From Amphiscolops sp. MND2022 (taxonomy: Eukaryota): DNA of 64,000 nucleotides. The position numbers and the translations under genes were made by a program. Below, piece by piece: positions 13,604 through 24,990 of this stretch; within the stretch, counting starts at the first letter, position 1; each line of letters starts with the position of its first letter. A model generated the notes under the pieces. It was not told where the DNA came from, did no database searches, and saw only the letters and a program-made list of their open reading frames with translations. The stretch spans positions 11,100,001 through 11,164,000 of the forward strand of contig OZ076409.1 of the NCBI GenBank assembly GCA_964187785.1, read 5' to 3'.

Positions 13604-14308
13604 TTTTTAGTCAGCGTTTTTGAAAAAAATGCACGACTCTTAAAAGCGGTAGTTTTTTCGTCAGTTCAACACGATCGGTTCCCTTCTTGTTAACTGCACT
13701 TTTACCATAAATACTTTTCTCCGAAATAATTTTTATGTCTCCAAGGGGTCTTCGCTTCAATGTTCTGAAATCTTGCTACATATTGGATGTTAAAACATCC
13801 CAAAGGGTACAATTTTTCAAATTTTTGGACACTATGAGAATGTTCAAAATTCAAATTCGTTGTTTATTTCTTTTGGAATGTTTTAGCATTTCCACCTTCA
13901 ATTTCTCGATATTTTGCTTCGAAATGGATGTTAAAATAATCCAAAGGGTAAAATCTACCACGGTTTGTGGCATTATGAGACTGTTCTCAAAATATATAAA
14001 CCAAAACTTTCTTCACTGCTGTTCAAAACTTAGACGTAATATCCGCAGTAAACCGCTTTATCCGAATGATTGACGTTATATCTGAAGTAAATTGCGTTCT
14101 ACTAACGCAAGGAGAAGTAATTGAAACACAAGCGCTCCCATGCACGCTATATCCCAACTTCTGAAGCGGTTTCCGAACACAAAAAGAACGCTTTGAGTGT
14201 TTTAAACTTTTTGTGAAACTTCATCGAAAAAGTTCCTTGGCATATTTTGAAACCTTCGCGCTTTTGAGCCTGAGGAAAAACCCCGATTTGAGACGTTCCT
14301 GTCTTGTT
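13604..14308 (+). mobile_element. Older Helentron/HINE-like copy
   Basis: tttttagtcagcg...gcacgactc start and gagcctgagg...gacgttcctgtcttgtt end. Confidence 0.6.
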
Positions 14309-15591
14309 TGGGTGAATCTTGTCTGTCGGGCTATATCCCTTTACTTGGAGCAGTCTACATTTTTGCTGACTATTGGAAGAGCGATCCCAAGTTATACACA
14401 GTCTTTGAGAAAATCCATTTGAGGCGGTTGAATATAGATGATGCTCGAGTTTAAATAATCTTGTATGTTTTGAGTTAAAATTTCCATCCAGCATTCTCGA
14501 TATTGGGTTACTTTTCTTGCAATTAACTGGCTCCAACTTTCGAAACCTATTACCTATTGCAGAAAATTTCACCAAAAAATGATCGCCAAAGATTTTGCCC
14601 CGTGTTTGGTATGTAACGGCAATCTATAACAGGTGGAGAAACCTGAGGGGATGGGGCTTCCAACAAGTCCGTTTTGCCTCCCGAGAATAAAATACGTCGC
14701 GTCAGGAAGATGTTCCTGCTTTGCTTGAGTATTCGCCAACTCTGTCCCAAACTGTTAATGCCAACTATAACGGGTATCTTCTTTTCTGTCCTGAAGACAG
14801 ACTAAGATGTCTTCGAATTGGGGTTGTGGATAAGTAGTAAATTTCTATGTCTATCAGAGGTTTAATAAGAGTAGCTCATGAGCTAAAACCTTAACAACTT
14901 TCAATAATGTACCGATTTACGCTGACCACGTACGACAAGAAGAGGCTGAAGACACCTTGCGCGAGAATTGAGCCAATAGACTTATGATTTAGATTTCATT
15001 TCAAAAAGTTACCACATGCCAAATTATGCGAATAAGTTTTATTCTTTCTTGGCGCGATTAGTTCTTGTTAATTGAGTCTCCGTCTCTATTCAAAATACAT
15101 TCTGCAGGTGTTTTTCTCACGTTCTCTTGTTTTCGCGGTCTCTCCACGCGGTTGAGTTGCTCTGCTTTCTTTATTAATTCGGGACAAGACTTTTCAGAAA
15201 ACATGTTCGAAGTCAACGTGGCTTTGGCTTTTTCGAATTTTTCAGGTCACAAATGTAATAATCCGCTCTGCCAGGGTCTTCAAGAGGGTCACGTTAAAAG
15301 ATAAGGCATTGTGCAAGTTTTCTTTGTGATTAAAATTATCTTATTATGTTTTAATATCTTAAACACTTCCCGGAAAACTTCAAGAGAAAACCCAAGGGGA
15401 TATCAAGGTTGACATTGGTGATTAAACTTACAAAGAATTGAACAATTCTCTCGACACGCGTTAATTTTAACTAATACATTCAAGAAAAAAGTAACTGACT
15501 GCATGAAATCATGCAAAGCTAACAAAGTAAGATGAAATGGAGTGTTTTAAAAACAAAGTTTTAAATTTTAAAAACAAAACCATCTCCTCAC

Positions 15592-15708
15592 CATCGCCAT
15601 CTTGGTCGAACATGCGAAACGCTTCTTGCAGATCGTCTTCTAGTTTTCTCTCCTTCAATTTTCCCGCCATCATTTGCAGGAACTCAGGGAAGTCGATCTC
15701 GCCATTTC
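15592..15708 (-). CDS. Calmodulin-like protein, middle coding exon (end of EF2 and start of EF3)
   Basis: Acceptor tttccag and donor GTGAGG, phases 1/1. Translates (G)[38 protein letters not shown](G). Confidence 0.92.
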
Positions 15709-16310
15709 CTGGAAATTAACCCAACTCATACTACTTTTTTAGATTGCAAAGTGGTAAATACTCAACTACACGATTGTTTTTGGTGATATTTTTTTCCGCA
15801 TTCGCTCTCACCACAAAAAAATTCTCAAGTTCATCCAAGTTTTGATTGAATTATTAAAAAAAGGATAGGTGATCCGCATTGAACGTTTAATAATTGAGAT
15901 TGTTTTCAGCTGAACTTCAAGAAATAAGCGTTTTTCTATAAAAAGCTACGATGTTGAGTCACGAGTTTCAGATCTATTGCCCTCGCTAACAAGCTTTGGT
16001 TTAATTAATGTTGATATAATAACAAATATTCACAATTTCTGCTAGTGGTCTAAAAATGAATGTTTTCTACTTTTCGGGAGATACTTGAATGCCTTGGATT
16101 TTGATATCTGCAATTGCGAATCTGTGCAGACGTGCAGGATTTTTTCTGCAGGGTTCTGTAGAGATCGTTGCACTGAATCTTGAAGAATCTTACAGATTGC
16201 TGCATTTTTTTCATCATATTGACATAAGTGAGATTTCTCACCAGTTGTAAACATTTTTATCATTCATTTGACATCTCTGTGCAGTTTTTATTGTGTTTCT
16301 GATTCGGTCA

Positions 16311-16788
16311 TTTTTAGTTGGCGCTTTTATTAATAAGAAAACTCGACTGTTACAGACAGTTTTTTTTCTTTTTTTTTCTTGTGACAGTTTCGATTTTTGT
16401 TCAATTTGTTCAACTAAACGATTACCTGGGATCCGCATCCAAATTATGGGAAAGGGTCTCCCCTTTCGTTTTTTGCTTTTTAAACGTAACATACAAAACC
16501 GGACGAGACTAAAGGGCCCCCTTTCAATTTTTTTCGGTACTGGGCGACTTTTTTTGATTTTTTTCTCCAAAGAGTCCCCCTTGAATTTTATTGAAGTCCC
16601 CCATCGTAATATCCGGAGTAAAGCGCTACATCCGAACTTTTGACGTTATATCCGAACTATATTACGTTTCAGTAAGGAGGAGGCGATGTTCGAAAACAGT
16701 TTTTCACGAAAACGTCCCATGCATATTTTAAAAACTGCGCATTTTGAGGCTTAGATATAGCGCCGACTTGAGACTTTCCCGTCTTGTT
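16311..16788 (+). mobile_element. Helentron/HINE-like copy inserted in an older foldback repeat (arms ~16115-16180 and ~16790-16850)
   Basis: tttttagttggcgc start and gatatagcgccgacttgagactttcccgtcttgtt end. Flanking arms gaatctgtgcaga... and ...tctacacagattc are inverted copies. Confidence 0.7.
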
Positions 16789-16879
16789 TCTTCGAATCTG
16801 CAGATATCTGAAAAGTTCTGCAAAATCCTTCAGATCTACACAGATTCGAAAACCTGGGTCGAAAACCTTGATGGCTCAC

Positions 16880-17054
16880 CGTCTTTGTCGATCTCGTTGA
16901 TGATAACTGACAGTTCCTCAGCAGCAGCCGGCTCCCCCAGAGTGGATAGAACTGCCCCCAACTCTGCAGTGGAGATGGACCCAGAGCCGTCTGTATCGAA
17001 TAGGTTGAAGGCCTCCCTCAACTCAGCTACTTGGTCTGGGGTCAACTGAAACAT
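16880..17054 (-). CDS. Calmodulin-like protein, first visible coding exon (EF1 and start of EF2); full protein ~146 aa with four EF-hands
   Basis: LTPDQVAELREAFNLFDTDGSGSISTAELGAVLSTLGEPAAAEELSVIINEIDKD(G), then a GTGAG donor. The three exons join in frame (175+117+149=441 nt). The true start may be on an upstream exon, because tttcag|TTG at 17045 looks like an acceptor. Confidence 0.9.
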
Positions 17055-17594
17055 TCATGTTTTGGCCCTTTTCTGCCCCACACACCAAAATTTTTGAACG
17101 TATATTTCCTTCATGAAAGTAAAAATTTCATACTAACCTAATTAAAAGTAAAACCTTATCTTCAAAACGGGACGTTATAGTCTATTAGAATAGTTTTTTG
17201 TTTGAACAAAACATTTTTCATGCATTTTGACTGTAATTATGTGTTCGTCAGCATTTTTTTGTGACTTAAAAGAGAGAGTTGTTGATTTCTTAGTCGAGAA
17301 TACGTGACTTCAGAGGCAACCTAACGTGAAAAAATGTATCTCAATTCCAACTGTCTCCCTGCAAATAAATGTAAAATTGAAGGTTTCTGGATTGTATTCA
17401 AGTCTTTTTGTTACAATATTTTCACTAATTTTCTAACAAAATGGTGGTGGGGGTGGAACAGAAAAGAGCCGATGTTTTAAATGATCTTCTCACTTCACAT
17501 GTATGATGCGTGACAAAACTCTAAGCGATTTATCTCAATAGATTTATTATGCAACATTTACAGACATTTGTGTTTCGGGATATGAAACGATTTA

Positions 17595-18660
17595 AATTCA
17601 AACGCAAGATATTGGAAATTAACTTCAGAATCATAATGTACGGCAAATTATTGTCATCATCAGCTATTTGAGAAGCGATGATCACATCAGATGAATAGTT
17701 GAGAACAAGAGGTGTCAATACAAACAAAGTATTCGTGTGTCGGTAACGAAGTCGCAAAAATTTTCACATTTGACTGCAGTAAAGGAAAATGCAGTGCAGG
17801 TATGGCAGCTAATCACGCAAATTTTTCGCATATTTCACGATGACAATGTCACGCTAAGAAGACGAAAATCACGCTAAGAAGACGAAAATCACGCCAAATT
17901 CAAGATTTTTCACACTTAAGCACGAAAAAACACGGTTTACAAGTGTTTCAATTCAACTTGGATGAATTAACATACAAAAATAATAATGTTTCAATGTTTC
18001 TAAATCACGTCTTTAACGGGGTTCCGTAATATTTTTCTTGAAACATGAGATTGTTCGTACCACTGTCAGAATTTTCTTCAAGTTCAAGATCTTTAAGAAA
18101 AATTATTTGTAACAGCGTTTAAATTGTCTCAATTACGTGTAATTGACAAGGAAGTTTCCGTTTTTCTTCTTTAAAACAAGTTGAATTTCACGTCACTAGT
18201 TGGCAAAATCTATCAATTAGATGATATTTCACGGCGGAATTGATTGAATAAAATTCATAGGATTACACGAATTTACAAGCCGTGTTCAACTGCCATGCAG
18301 GCCTGCAACATGTAAAAAGTTCCAGCAGTCTCAACGAGGGTTATGAATATTTATAAACATTCAACACATTGTTGATGTTGCTGAAACTTTGAGCTGTTGA
18401 AACTTTCAAGAAATACCCAGTTTATTAATCAAGATTCAAACTTTTGAAACTCCGTAACTCCGTAAAAGTAGCACAGCAGCGCTACCGACACGACCACTTT
18501 GTATTTACACTTTGTTTTCTCAACAACTCATGTGATGTGATCACCGCTTTTCAAATAGGACGCTAAACATGACGCTACATTGCAGTTTATTACGTGACTG
18601 AAGTTATTTTGCATTAAAATGGCTGTTGAACTGACATCGATTTATTTGCGTTTAAAACTA
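17595..18660. mobile_element. Foldback/MITE with long inverted arms and a nested TIR element at 17792-18305
   Basis: 17664-17747 (gctatttgagaagcgatgatcacatc...gtgtcggtaac) is the inverted copy of 18481-18559. Inner TIRs are cagtgcaggtatggcagctaatcacg and cgtgttcaactgccatgcaggcctg. Outer limits approximate. Confidence 0.6.
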
Positions 18661-18907
18661 GAACAGCTTCTTTAAGAAACCTGCAAAACTTCAAGGACTA
18701 AAATTGCCGCCAAAACTTTGATGAATCTTTCAAGCAGCTTGATAAAAGTCGAATACAACAGGTAAATATTTTCGCATTAAAGTTTCCGTAAGAGTTTTAG
18801 AAAATCATAATAAAAGTTGCTGGCAACATTAAAGTACATGCAAAAAGTTCAAGAAGTTTCAACCAGGGTATATATATATAATATTCAATAATATATATAA
18901 TATATAT

Positions 18908-19635
18908 TGTAACGATAAGCGCTGGCGCTTGAACCGCAACGTAGAGTGGAGGAACTAGAACAGCGAATATAATCTGGGACCTAGATCTCCGCGGCTCTAG
19001 CTCATTTTCCCTCCGAAGGAGCCAGTCCCAAGGTGGGGGAACCGTCTTGTAGGATACTCTCTGGCCTGGTCCTAGTCTGTAACTGCTAAAAGTAACAGGC
19101 ATCTTGCAAGACTCAAGACCACTGCTCAACTAGCCTTTAAAAATCGGGCTGAAAATCGATGAAGGTTGAACCGTAATATTGGAGAACCTGATAAAATCGC
19201 CAAATTGGATAAACAGATGTTAAACAACAGCTCTCGAGCATATTAATTAATCACATCGAAAAATACAATAAGAAATCAAGAGTTCAGAGTCATTTGATGA
19301 AAATCGACCTCAGCTTCCCAGCGCTAGCGCTATTTGCCACACAGGATACCACAGGGATACTCAGGCGAACATCTGGAACACTGGTTTCCTTTACTGTAGT
19401 AATGGATATCTCCCAGAGATAGACACAATACCGTGTTCTGTATGCGTTGGGGACGTCTCTTTGTCGTCTCCGGTGCTTGTTCGTCGCGAGCGGCGATTTC
19501 TGCTTTTCTGGGGTGCTTTTTCTGACAGGTACTTCGTCTTGAGCATGTTTGAGTGCCACGTCAAATTTGAACGAATTTTTGACAAAATTTCCAAACATGT
19601 CGGTTGATATTGCTGTACCAGAGCTTGCCGTTACA
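18908..19635 (-). repeat. 3' LTR of element A (728 bp)
   Basis: Matches 36833-37560 apart from about 5 substitutions seen by eye; TG...CA termini. Confidence 0.97.
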
Positions 19636-19651
19636 TCACTCCCCAGGCTCC
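19636..19651 (-). other. Polypurine tract of element A
   Basis: Minus strand ggagcctggggagtga directly abuts TGTAAC of the 3' LTR. Confidence 0.75.
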
Positions 19652-20395
19652 TGGCTTGTCGTCCCTGGCAAGCGGCGTCTGGCTCGTCTGGAAACTGCAT
19701 CACAGTGACTGCTGGGAACCATCATCCACACATCGGGGAACAAAGACGAGTCCTTGTTTTTCGGCAACAATTTCGGTCAGTTTTTGCGGTTTTTTCACGA
19801 AAAAAAAAGCTTACTGCCTAGCTATTTGTACAAAACACGAACGAGGTTTTAGCACCAGCTCGAGAGCTAAAGTTTTCAGCCGGTTAAAACTCGTTTGGGC
19901 AGCCAACTTACGTAAAAACGTTTTTTTGCGACCAAAGTCGGCTAAAATTTCCTTTTCTTACCATTTGATACTTGTAGTCTTCAATTCACTTCAGGCGGTT
20001 AAAAACTTTTTTTAGAGCTTGCGGGCTCTTACGGTGAACAACCAAATTGATGAAGAACACTAGACTAGAAAGAAAATGCAATCAAGAGGGATAAAACTTC
20101 TTTTGATTGTGACAACTCAAAAACACCGCGAACGGTGCGCAACAAAAATAGCAGTTTTTCTGAATAATAGTTTTTCTTTTCTTTCTGCTTGATAATTCAA
20201 GCCACTGGGGCAGGCGTACTCTATTGGCCGTACACCCAGTGCAACACTAATGGTACACTAATTATATAACCATAACTATGAACAAAAATTGCACTTTGTA
20301 CTGTAGCACCGTTCTAGATGGGAAGTTTTAAGGCGCTGTTTGTTGGCAGTTTTCGAGTGTATAGGGAGCGCGAACGCTCCCATTAGCGGCTGGGT

Positions 20396-23300
20396 TTATT
20401 GAGCCGAACTGCGTCGGGTCCGCTCTTTAGTGGCATCATCTGGGTTCTGTTCTGGGTTATCAGTCGACACTGACGCTCGACGTCGGGGAGAGACTTCTGT
20501 GGCAACCGTTTTAGAGTCTGACAGATCTTCGGGGAGCGACAACTCGGCAATGGGCTGCACTAGTGCTGCATTGGGAGTCAACTCGGCGGCGTGCTCTCCG
20601 GACTGCTTGTGCAAGGACTGAGGGCTAGTTCGCGACGAAGACGGGCCAACTGGTTCTGGCTCCAAGTGGTGGGTTGGAAGGTTAATTGTGATCGGTTGAG
20701 AGATGGGCCGATCCAAAGACATCGCCATCGTTGGGGCGAGCATGGTAGGCGCGAACGCCTGTTGTCTCGCTATTTCTGCTCTACCTTCTACTGCTAGTGC
20801 GACTCGGCGTGAGATCCACCCAGTTTGGCTCCAGAGCTCGCAAGCTCTCTTCCACTTAGGGAAGCTAGCAATCTCCAACTCCAGACAATACTCTTCCCAT
20901 CTTGCTCGTTCTGTCGAGCCCAACACGGAATTGATCTCATCATGCTGGACGATGGACATATCTCCAGACATAGTCATCTTTCCCGTAGGCTTCCATGCCG
21001 ACTTCCGGGGGAACGGGATAACGCGGGATTGGAGATTCCTTTGCCTGATCTGAGCAGCGCCTTCGATCCATCCTGGGATCTGGGCTGATTCCAAGTGCTG
21101 GATTTGACGGTTGAAAATCTCCGGGGCGCGTCCAACGGGTTTCGCCCTTGGCCAACCTAACGGCTCCTTCCAATAGCGGTTCGGGAAGGCGGTGCATTTA
21201 AAGCAGTACAAAGGGTCCACAGGTGGACCAGCACTAGTGCTGGCGCGAATCGCCTTTCTTATGAATTCCTGGCTCCACGGGAATCTGAAGGGGACTCCTT
21301 CCAAACTGAGAGGTGCGGAGTACCAATTCACAGGCCCATGTTCTCGAAGCAGAGGACATGCTTTCCTGGTGCGCGCGCGCAACAAACCCATCAGGTTCTC
21401 CTCCAACTCTTTTTCGGATTTCACGGTCGTGTACCCATGCGGCACTTCACCACTCAGCACGGCATGTATTACCCTTTGATATGCCAGTGAGGGACGGCCT
21501 CGCAGATAGGTGCTAAAGGAGACCATGTGCACTTGGACTGCTGTTGCTAACGGTTTTGTAGGGTATCGGCACACGCCCACTGCGCCAAAGATGGGGGCCA
21601 AGACAGGAGCCATGGCTGCCACGAAATCCTCTACCTCAGCCAGGGTGAGATCAGCAATCTGCTGCGGCAAGGGGAATCCTGCCGTTTCCCGTGGGATCTG
21701 CTGGTCTGAGTTGTGTAGTGGTTGGGATTGGTCCACGCCCACGAATAGACCGGAGGCGAACACCAGGGTGGAATATAGCCAGTGCTGGATCGACGCACGC
21801 ATGCGCTCCAGTTGGGCGGAATAATCTTGTTGGTCCTTGGAGGTCATTAAATGTCCCCAGCGGGTCAGGCTGCGTAGTTGTCCTTGTGCCAGGACCAAGA
21901 AGCTGTAGAACACGGTGAGGTCGCAGGCAATCACGATGTCGACTAATAGGGCTAGTGGTCCGGCTACGAACTTCGTTGGGCCCATCGCTAGCGCGAGCGC
22001 TAGTATTTCTCCGACAGTTGCCTCTCCAATTGTTTCTAGTAGCTTGTCCGTTTGCGTAGGGGTCAGCGAAATCTCGGAAGTAAGCACTTCAAGGTTCCAT
22101 CCCAGACCAAGACTGGTACAGAAGGCTTCCAATGGACAATTGAGCTCTCGAGCTGCTTCTGCTAGAGTCCTGGTGGCAAACCTAGTTTTGTACCAATAGG
22201 CGTAAGTGGTAGCTGCGGCATCGACCTCTGCCTTCAGATTTGTTGCTTCAATCGCCACTATGCACCGCAGTCCTACAGGCAGCTTCACGGGCTCGATTCC
22301 TGAGGCGAAGTGGATCTGAGGGATTGTTCTCTCAACGGTGCGCGCTGCAGGCCATGCACCGATTTGTTTTGTCAGTTCGGCTAACTCTGCACGCACTGGG
22401 ATTTCTTTGTCCTTTCGCACTAGCCAATTGTACCGACGAACAGCCACTCGTTCGGTCACATTTGACTCTCGGGCGATGCGGTTGCCGTCAAGGTCAAAGG
22501 CCATTCTGCCCATCCGCATTCCATGATCATAGAGGATAGCGTCGTCAATGGTTAGCTGGGCATTTCCCGAGCGTTTTATAGCCACGAGCGCTCTAGACAC
22601 GGCGGCAAAGAAGGCTGGATACGACAAGGTATCTGGGCGCAGGTCCTCTCGGTCCACAGGCAAGTTTGGTGCACAGATGGCGAATTCGACTCTGCGCGCC
22701 TTGCATACCTCCAGCAGAATGTAGACGAACTGCTGCAGACTTCGTGGCCAGTACATAAATCCTGGTGGGGATACAAAGAGCGCGAGCGCTCCCAGACGAC
22801 CCCTGAGGATCCCTGCGGCACGTTCCATTGCACCAACTACCTCATTTACTAGGGCTGCAATGTCTCCAGGTCGTCGGGCATCGGACATTATAGCGTCCAG
22901 GTCACGCAGCAACCCTTCGAAGGCCATGTGATCCAGAAGATTGGCAAAGATCACGCGCTGTGGAGGTGGTTCCTTCTGTGATCCCCTTAAGTTTGGATCG
23001 TATATGGCTCCAACCATCTCAGCGATCTCAGCGAAGCGAGACAGGGGCATAGTCAGTACCAGCACGTCAGGCATCAAGTTGTCAATAGGCAGGTCACTCC
23101 GGCAGGTAGAATCAACCGCCATGCAGTAGCGCGCGCGCTGCAGAGCTGCTTTCAATAGTGGTTTCAGAGATCTCAAGTTGCGGGCGTAGCGGGCGTTCGC
23201 TTCCCATGTCTCACCTTCTCGCAACACATACCGTGCGGGGAATTGCTCGGTGATGTTATGTTGCAGGGGTGCCATGTAATCGTTAGTTGTCGTGGGCAGC

Positions 23301-24703
23301 TGCTCTCGAGCACGCTGTTCCCAAGCCTGCTCCGACATATCTGCGTCCCGGGGGCGCAGCGAACGCGTGACCTGCGCCGGTATCGTAGTTCGATTAATTT
23401 CCTTTTGCTCCGTCTCAGTGGGAGGGGTCCTTTTCTTTATAGCGCATTGACTGGGGTAGAGATGCTCAGCCGCCATCCAAATGCGTTTGCTATCATTGGT
23501 GACTACTGAACCGGATACGTCATCAGATGGAGGGAGGAAGGCTGGAGGACGGGCCTCCTCCACCGTCTCAGGTATCTCCAGGGACATATCTATTGGATTC
23601 GTGCCCGAGGGCACAGAGCTCACTTCCGAGCCTGCATCCGGATCTCCATACTGCTCGATTGCGTCCGCTAGAGACATCTGAGGCGCGCCTCGACCTAGAT
23701 GACCCACTCGGTACGGAGGCCTAGGGATGACTAAACTTTTCAGCTGGGGTCGAGGTACATCAGCGCGCTCGTCGGGAGGGGGACGACTAGTCGGGCTCTC
23801 GGTTACTGAGCCAGCTGGGGTGACTGAGGCAGTTTCTTCAGTTAGTCGCTTTCTCCCGGCTTCTTCTCGTGTGCCAGTAGCAGCGCTTGCGCTGTTGCTT
23901 GGTCCGGCAGCAATTTCCACATCCATAGATGCCGTCTCGACTAAGGGAGCAGGAGGGTCACAGCCCGAGGGTTGAACAGCAGCTTGCAGATAAGTGGCTA
24001 GTCCAGGGATTCTCTGCTCTACGGCATGAACAAAATCGGAGGAGTTCGGATAGTTGGCCACTGCTTGCAATGCCACAATTACGGCCTGTTCGCTGGTACT
24101 CCTTCCGGTCAGCTCTGGGTTAGGTATGGGTGGTAACCGGGACCCCGAGGGCTCCCGATCAGAGACTGGTGCACTAGTAGTGGTTTGCAGTACCATGTGT
24201 GGCGCTCGATATGAGGTCCCAAAGGCAGGTGAACCGGAATAGGTTGGCGTCATTGGTACTGGTTTTGGTGCTGGTGGGGGCAATGCGACCATCTGAGGAG
24301 GTGGCATCGTTGCAATGCTGGCAGGCACCATACACAGGGAGGCTTCTTGCTCGAATCTCGTGCCCTGGCTGGGCCCGAGCATCGTGGTAGAGCGTTCATC
24401 CAGGAATTGATGCGTTAAGTCGTGGCCATCCCACGCATTGTTTTGGCAGGCTAGCGTGCGACGGTAACCGGCTACTTCCGTCACCAGAGACACAGATACA
24501 CCTGGCAGCGTCTGCATCGTGTCTAGTTGAGTGAGCAGGGCGGCCACGCCCGCTACCGCTAACGGTGAGAGGCCGTTCCTCAGTCGTTCTTCTACATATT
24601 GGACTTGATTAGTCCTCTGCGCTCGCGCAGGCAATTCTTGAGACCTATTGGTGTGAAGTCCCGTCGTGGGAATAGGCACCGTGTTGTTGGGGTAATAGGC
24701 CAT
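20396..24703 (-). CDS. ORF3 of element A, 1435 aa, function unknown; central degenerate SGNH/GDSL-hydrolase-like domain and Pro/Ser-rich disordered termini
   Basis: Uninterrupted ORF in the env position. Motifs CMAVDS, VLVLTMP, VIFANLLDH, LFVSPP and DLRPDTLSY follow the order of the SGNH blocks. No obvious signal peptide. Confidence 0.85.
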   Translation of the reverse strand: MAYYPNNTVPIPTTGLHTNRSQELPARAQRTNQVQYVEERLRNGLSPLAVAGVAALLTQLDTMQTLPGVSVSLVTEVAGYRRTLACQNNAWDGHDLTHQFLDERSTTMLGPSQGTRFEQEASLCMVPASIATMPPPQMVALPPPAPKPVPMTPTYSGSPAFGTSYRAPHMVLQTTTSAPVSDREPSGSRLPPIPNPELTGRSTSEQAVIVALQAVANYPNSSDFVHAVEQRIPGLATYLQAAVQPSGCDPPAPLVETASMDVEIAAGPSNSASAATGTREEAGRKRLTEETASVTPAGSVTESPTSRPPPDERADVPRPQLKSLVIPRPPYRVGHLGRGAPQMSLADAIEQYGDPDAGSEVSSVPSGTNPIDMSLEIPETVEEARPPAFLPPSDDVSGSVVTNDSKRIWMAAEHLYPSQCAIKKRTPPTETEQKEINRTTIPAQVTRSLRPRDADMSEQAWEQRAREQLPTTTNDYMAPLQHNITEQFPARYVLREGETWEANARYARNLRSLKPLLKAALQRARYCMAVDSTCRSDLPIDNLMPDVLVLTMPLSRFAEIAEMVGAIYDPNLRGSQKEPPPQRVIFANLLDHMAFEGLLRDLDAIMSDARRPGDIAALVNEVVGAMERAAGILRGRLGALALFVSPPGFMYWPRSLQQFVYILLEVCKARRVEFAICAPNLPVDREDLRPDTLSYPAFFAAVSRALVAIKRSGNAQLTIDDAILYDHGMRMGRMAFDLDGNRIARESNVTERVAVRRYNWLVRKDKEIPVRAELAELTKQIGAWPAARTVERTIPQIHFASGIEPVKLPVGLRCIVAIEATNLKAEVDAAATTYAYWYKTRFATRTLAEAARELNCPLEAFCTSLGLGWNLEVLTSEISLTPTQTDKLLETIGEATVGEILALALAMGPTKFVAGPLALLVDIVIACDLTVFYSFLVLAQGQLRSLTRWGHLMTSKDQQDYSAQLERMRASIQHWLYSTLVFASGLFVGVDQSQPLHNSDQQIPRETAGFPLPQQIADLTLAEVEDFVAAMAPVLAPIFGAVGVCRYPTKPLATAVQVHMVSFSTYLRGRPSLAYQRVIHAVLSGEVPHGYTTVKSEKELEENLMGLLRARTRKACPLLREHGPVNWYSAPLSLEGVPFRFPWSQEFIRKAIRASTSAGPPVDPLYCFKCTAFPNRYWKEPLGWPRAKPVGRAPEIFNRQIQHLESAQIPGWIEGAAQIRQRNLQSRVIPFPRKSAWKPTGKMTMSGDMSIVQHDEINSVLGSTERARWEEYCLELEIASFPKWKRACELWSQTGWISRRVALAVEGRAEIARQQAFAPTMLAPTMAMSLDRPISQPITINLPTHHLEPEPVGPSSSRTSPQSLHKQSGEHAAELTPNAALVQPIAELSLPEDLSDSKTVATEVSPRRRASVSTDNPEQNPDDATKERTRRSSAQ

Positions 24704-24715
24704 TATATCATAGGT

Positions 24716-24735
24716 CTAAAAAGGATTACCGTTAG
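24716..24735 (-). promoter_or_regulatory. Putative branch point and splice acceptor for a subgenomic ORF3 mRNA
   Basis: Minus strand CTAACggtaatcctttttAG|ACC TAT GAT ATA ATG: acceptor 12 nt before the ORF3 ATG and in frame with it. Confidence 0.65.
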
Positions 24736-24990
24736 GCTTACTAGGTGCATTGTGGGGAGAGCTTAAGGCTCATCATCCAATTACAATGGTACAAAGATGG
24801 CTCCATAAGGGAACCGCAATAAGTTTAAATTGTAGTTCAACTAACTAACTAGAACATAAAGATAGGAGTTATTTAACGATACGTTACAAGGTAATCATTC
24901 CATGGGATAGTTTAAGACTTCCTCCCAGACATGACAATTATCGGGGTGGATAAATTAAATAGGGGGCAATAGAAAAGAGTTTTGGGCGGG

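Noticed and set aside
12800..15310. Coding-looking intronic stretches (12800-13600 and 14320-15310)
   Set aside because: Interrupted by stops in the frames examined and no diagnostic motif; left unassigned.
18797..19703. ORFs within the LTRs (also 36830-37523)
   Set aside because: Short, no recognisable domains, and duplicated only because the LTRs are duplicated.
20396..24703. ORF3 as a retroviral/errantiviral env
   Set aside because: No signal peptide, recognisable furin site plus fusion peptide, or C-terminal membrane anchor; only the position and splice acceptor are env-like.
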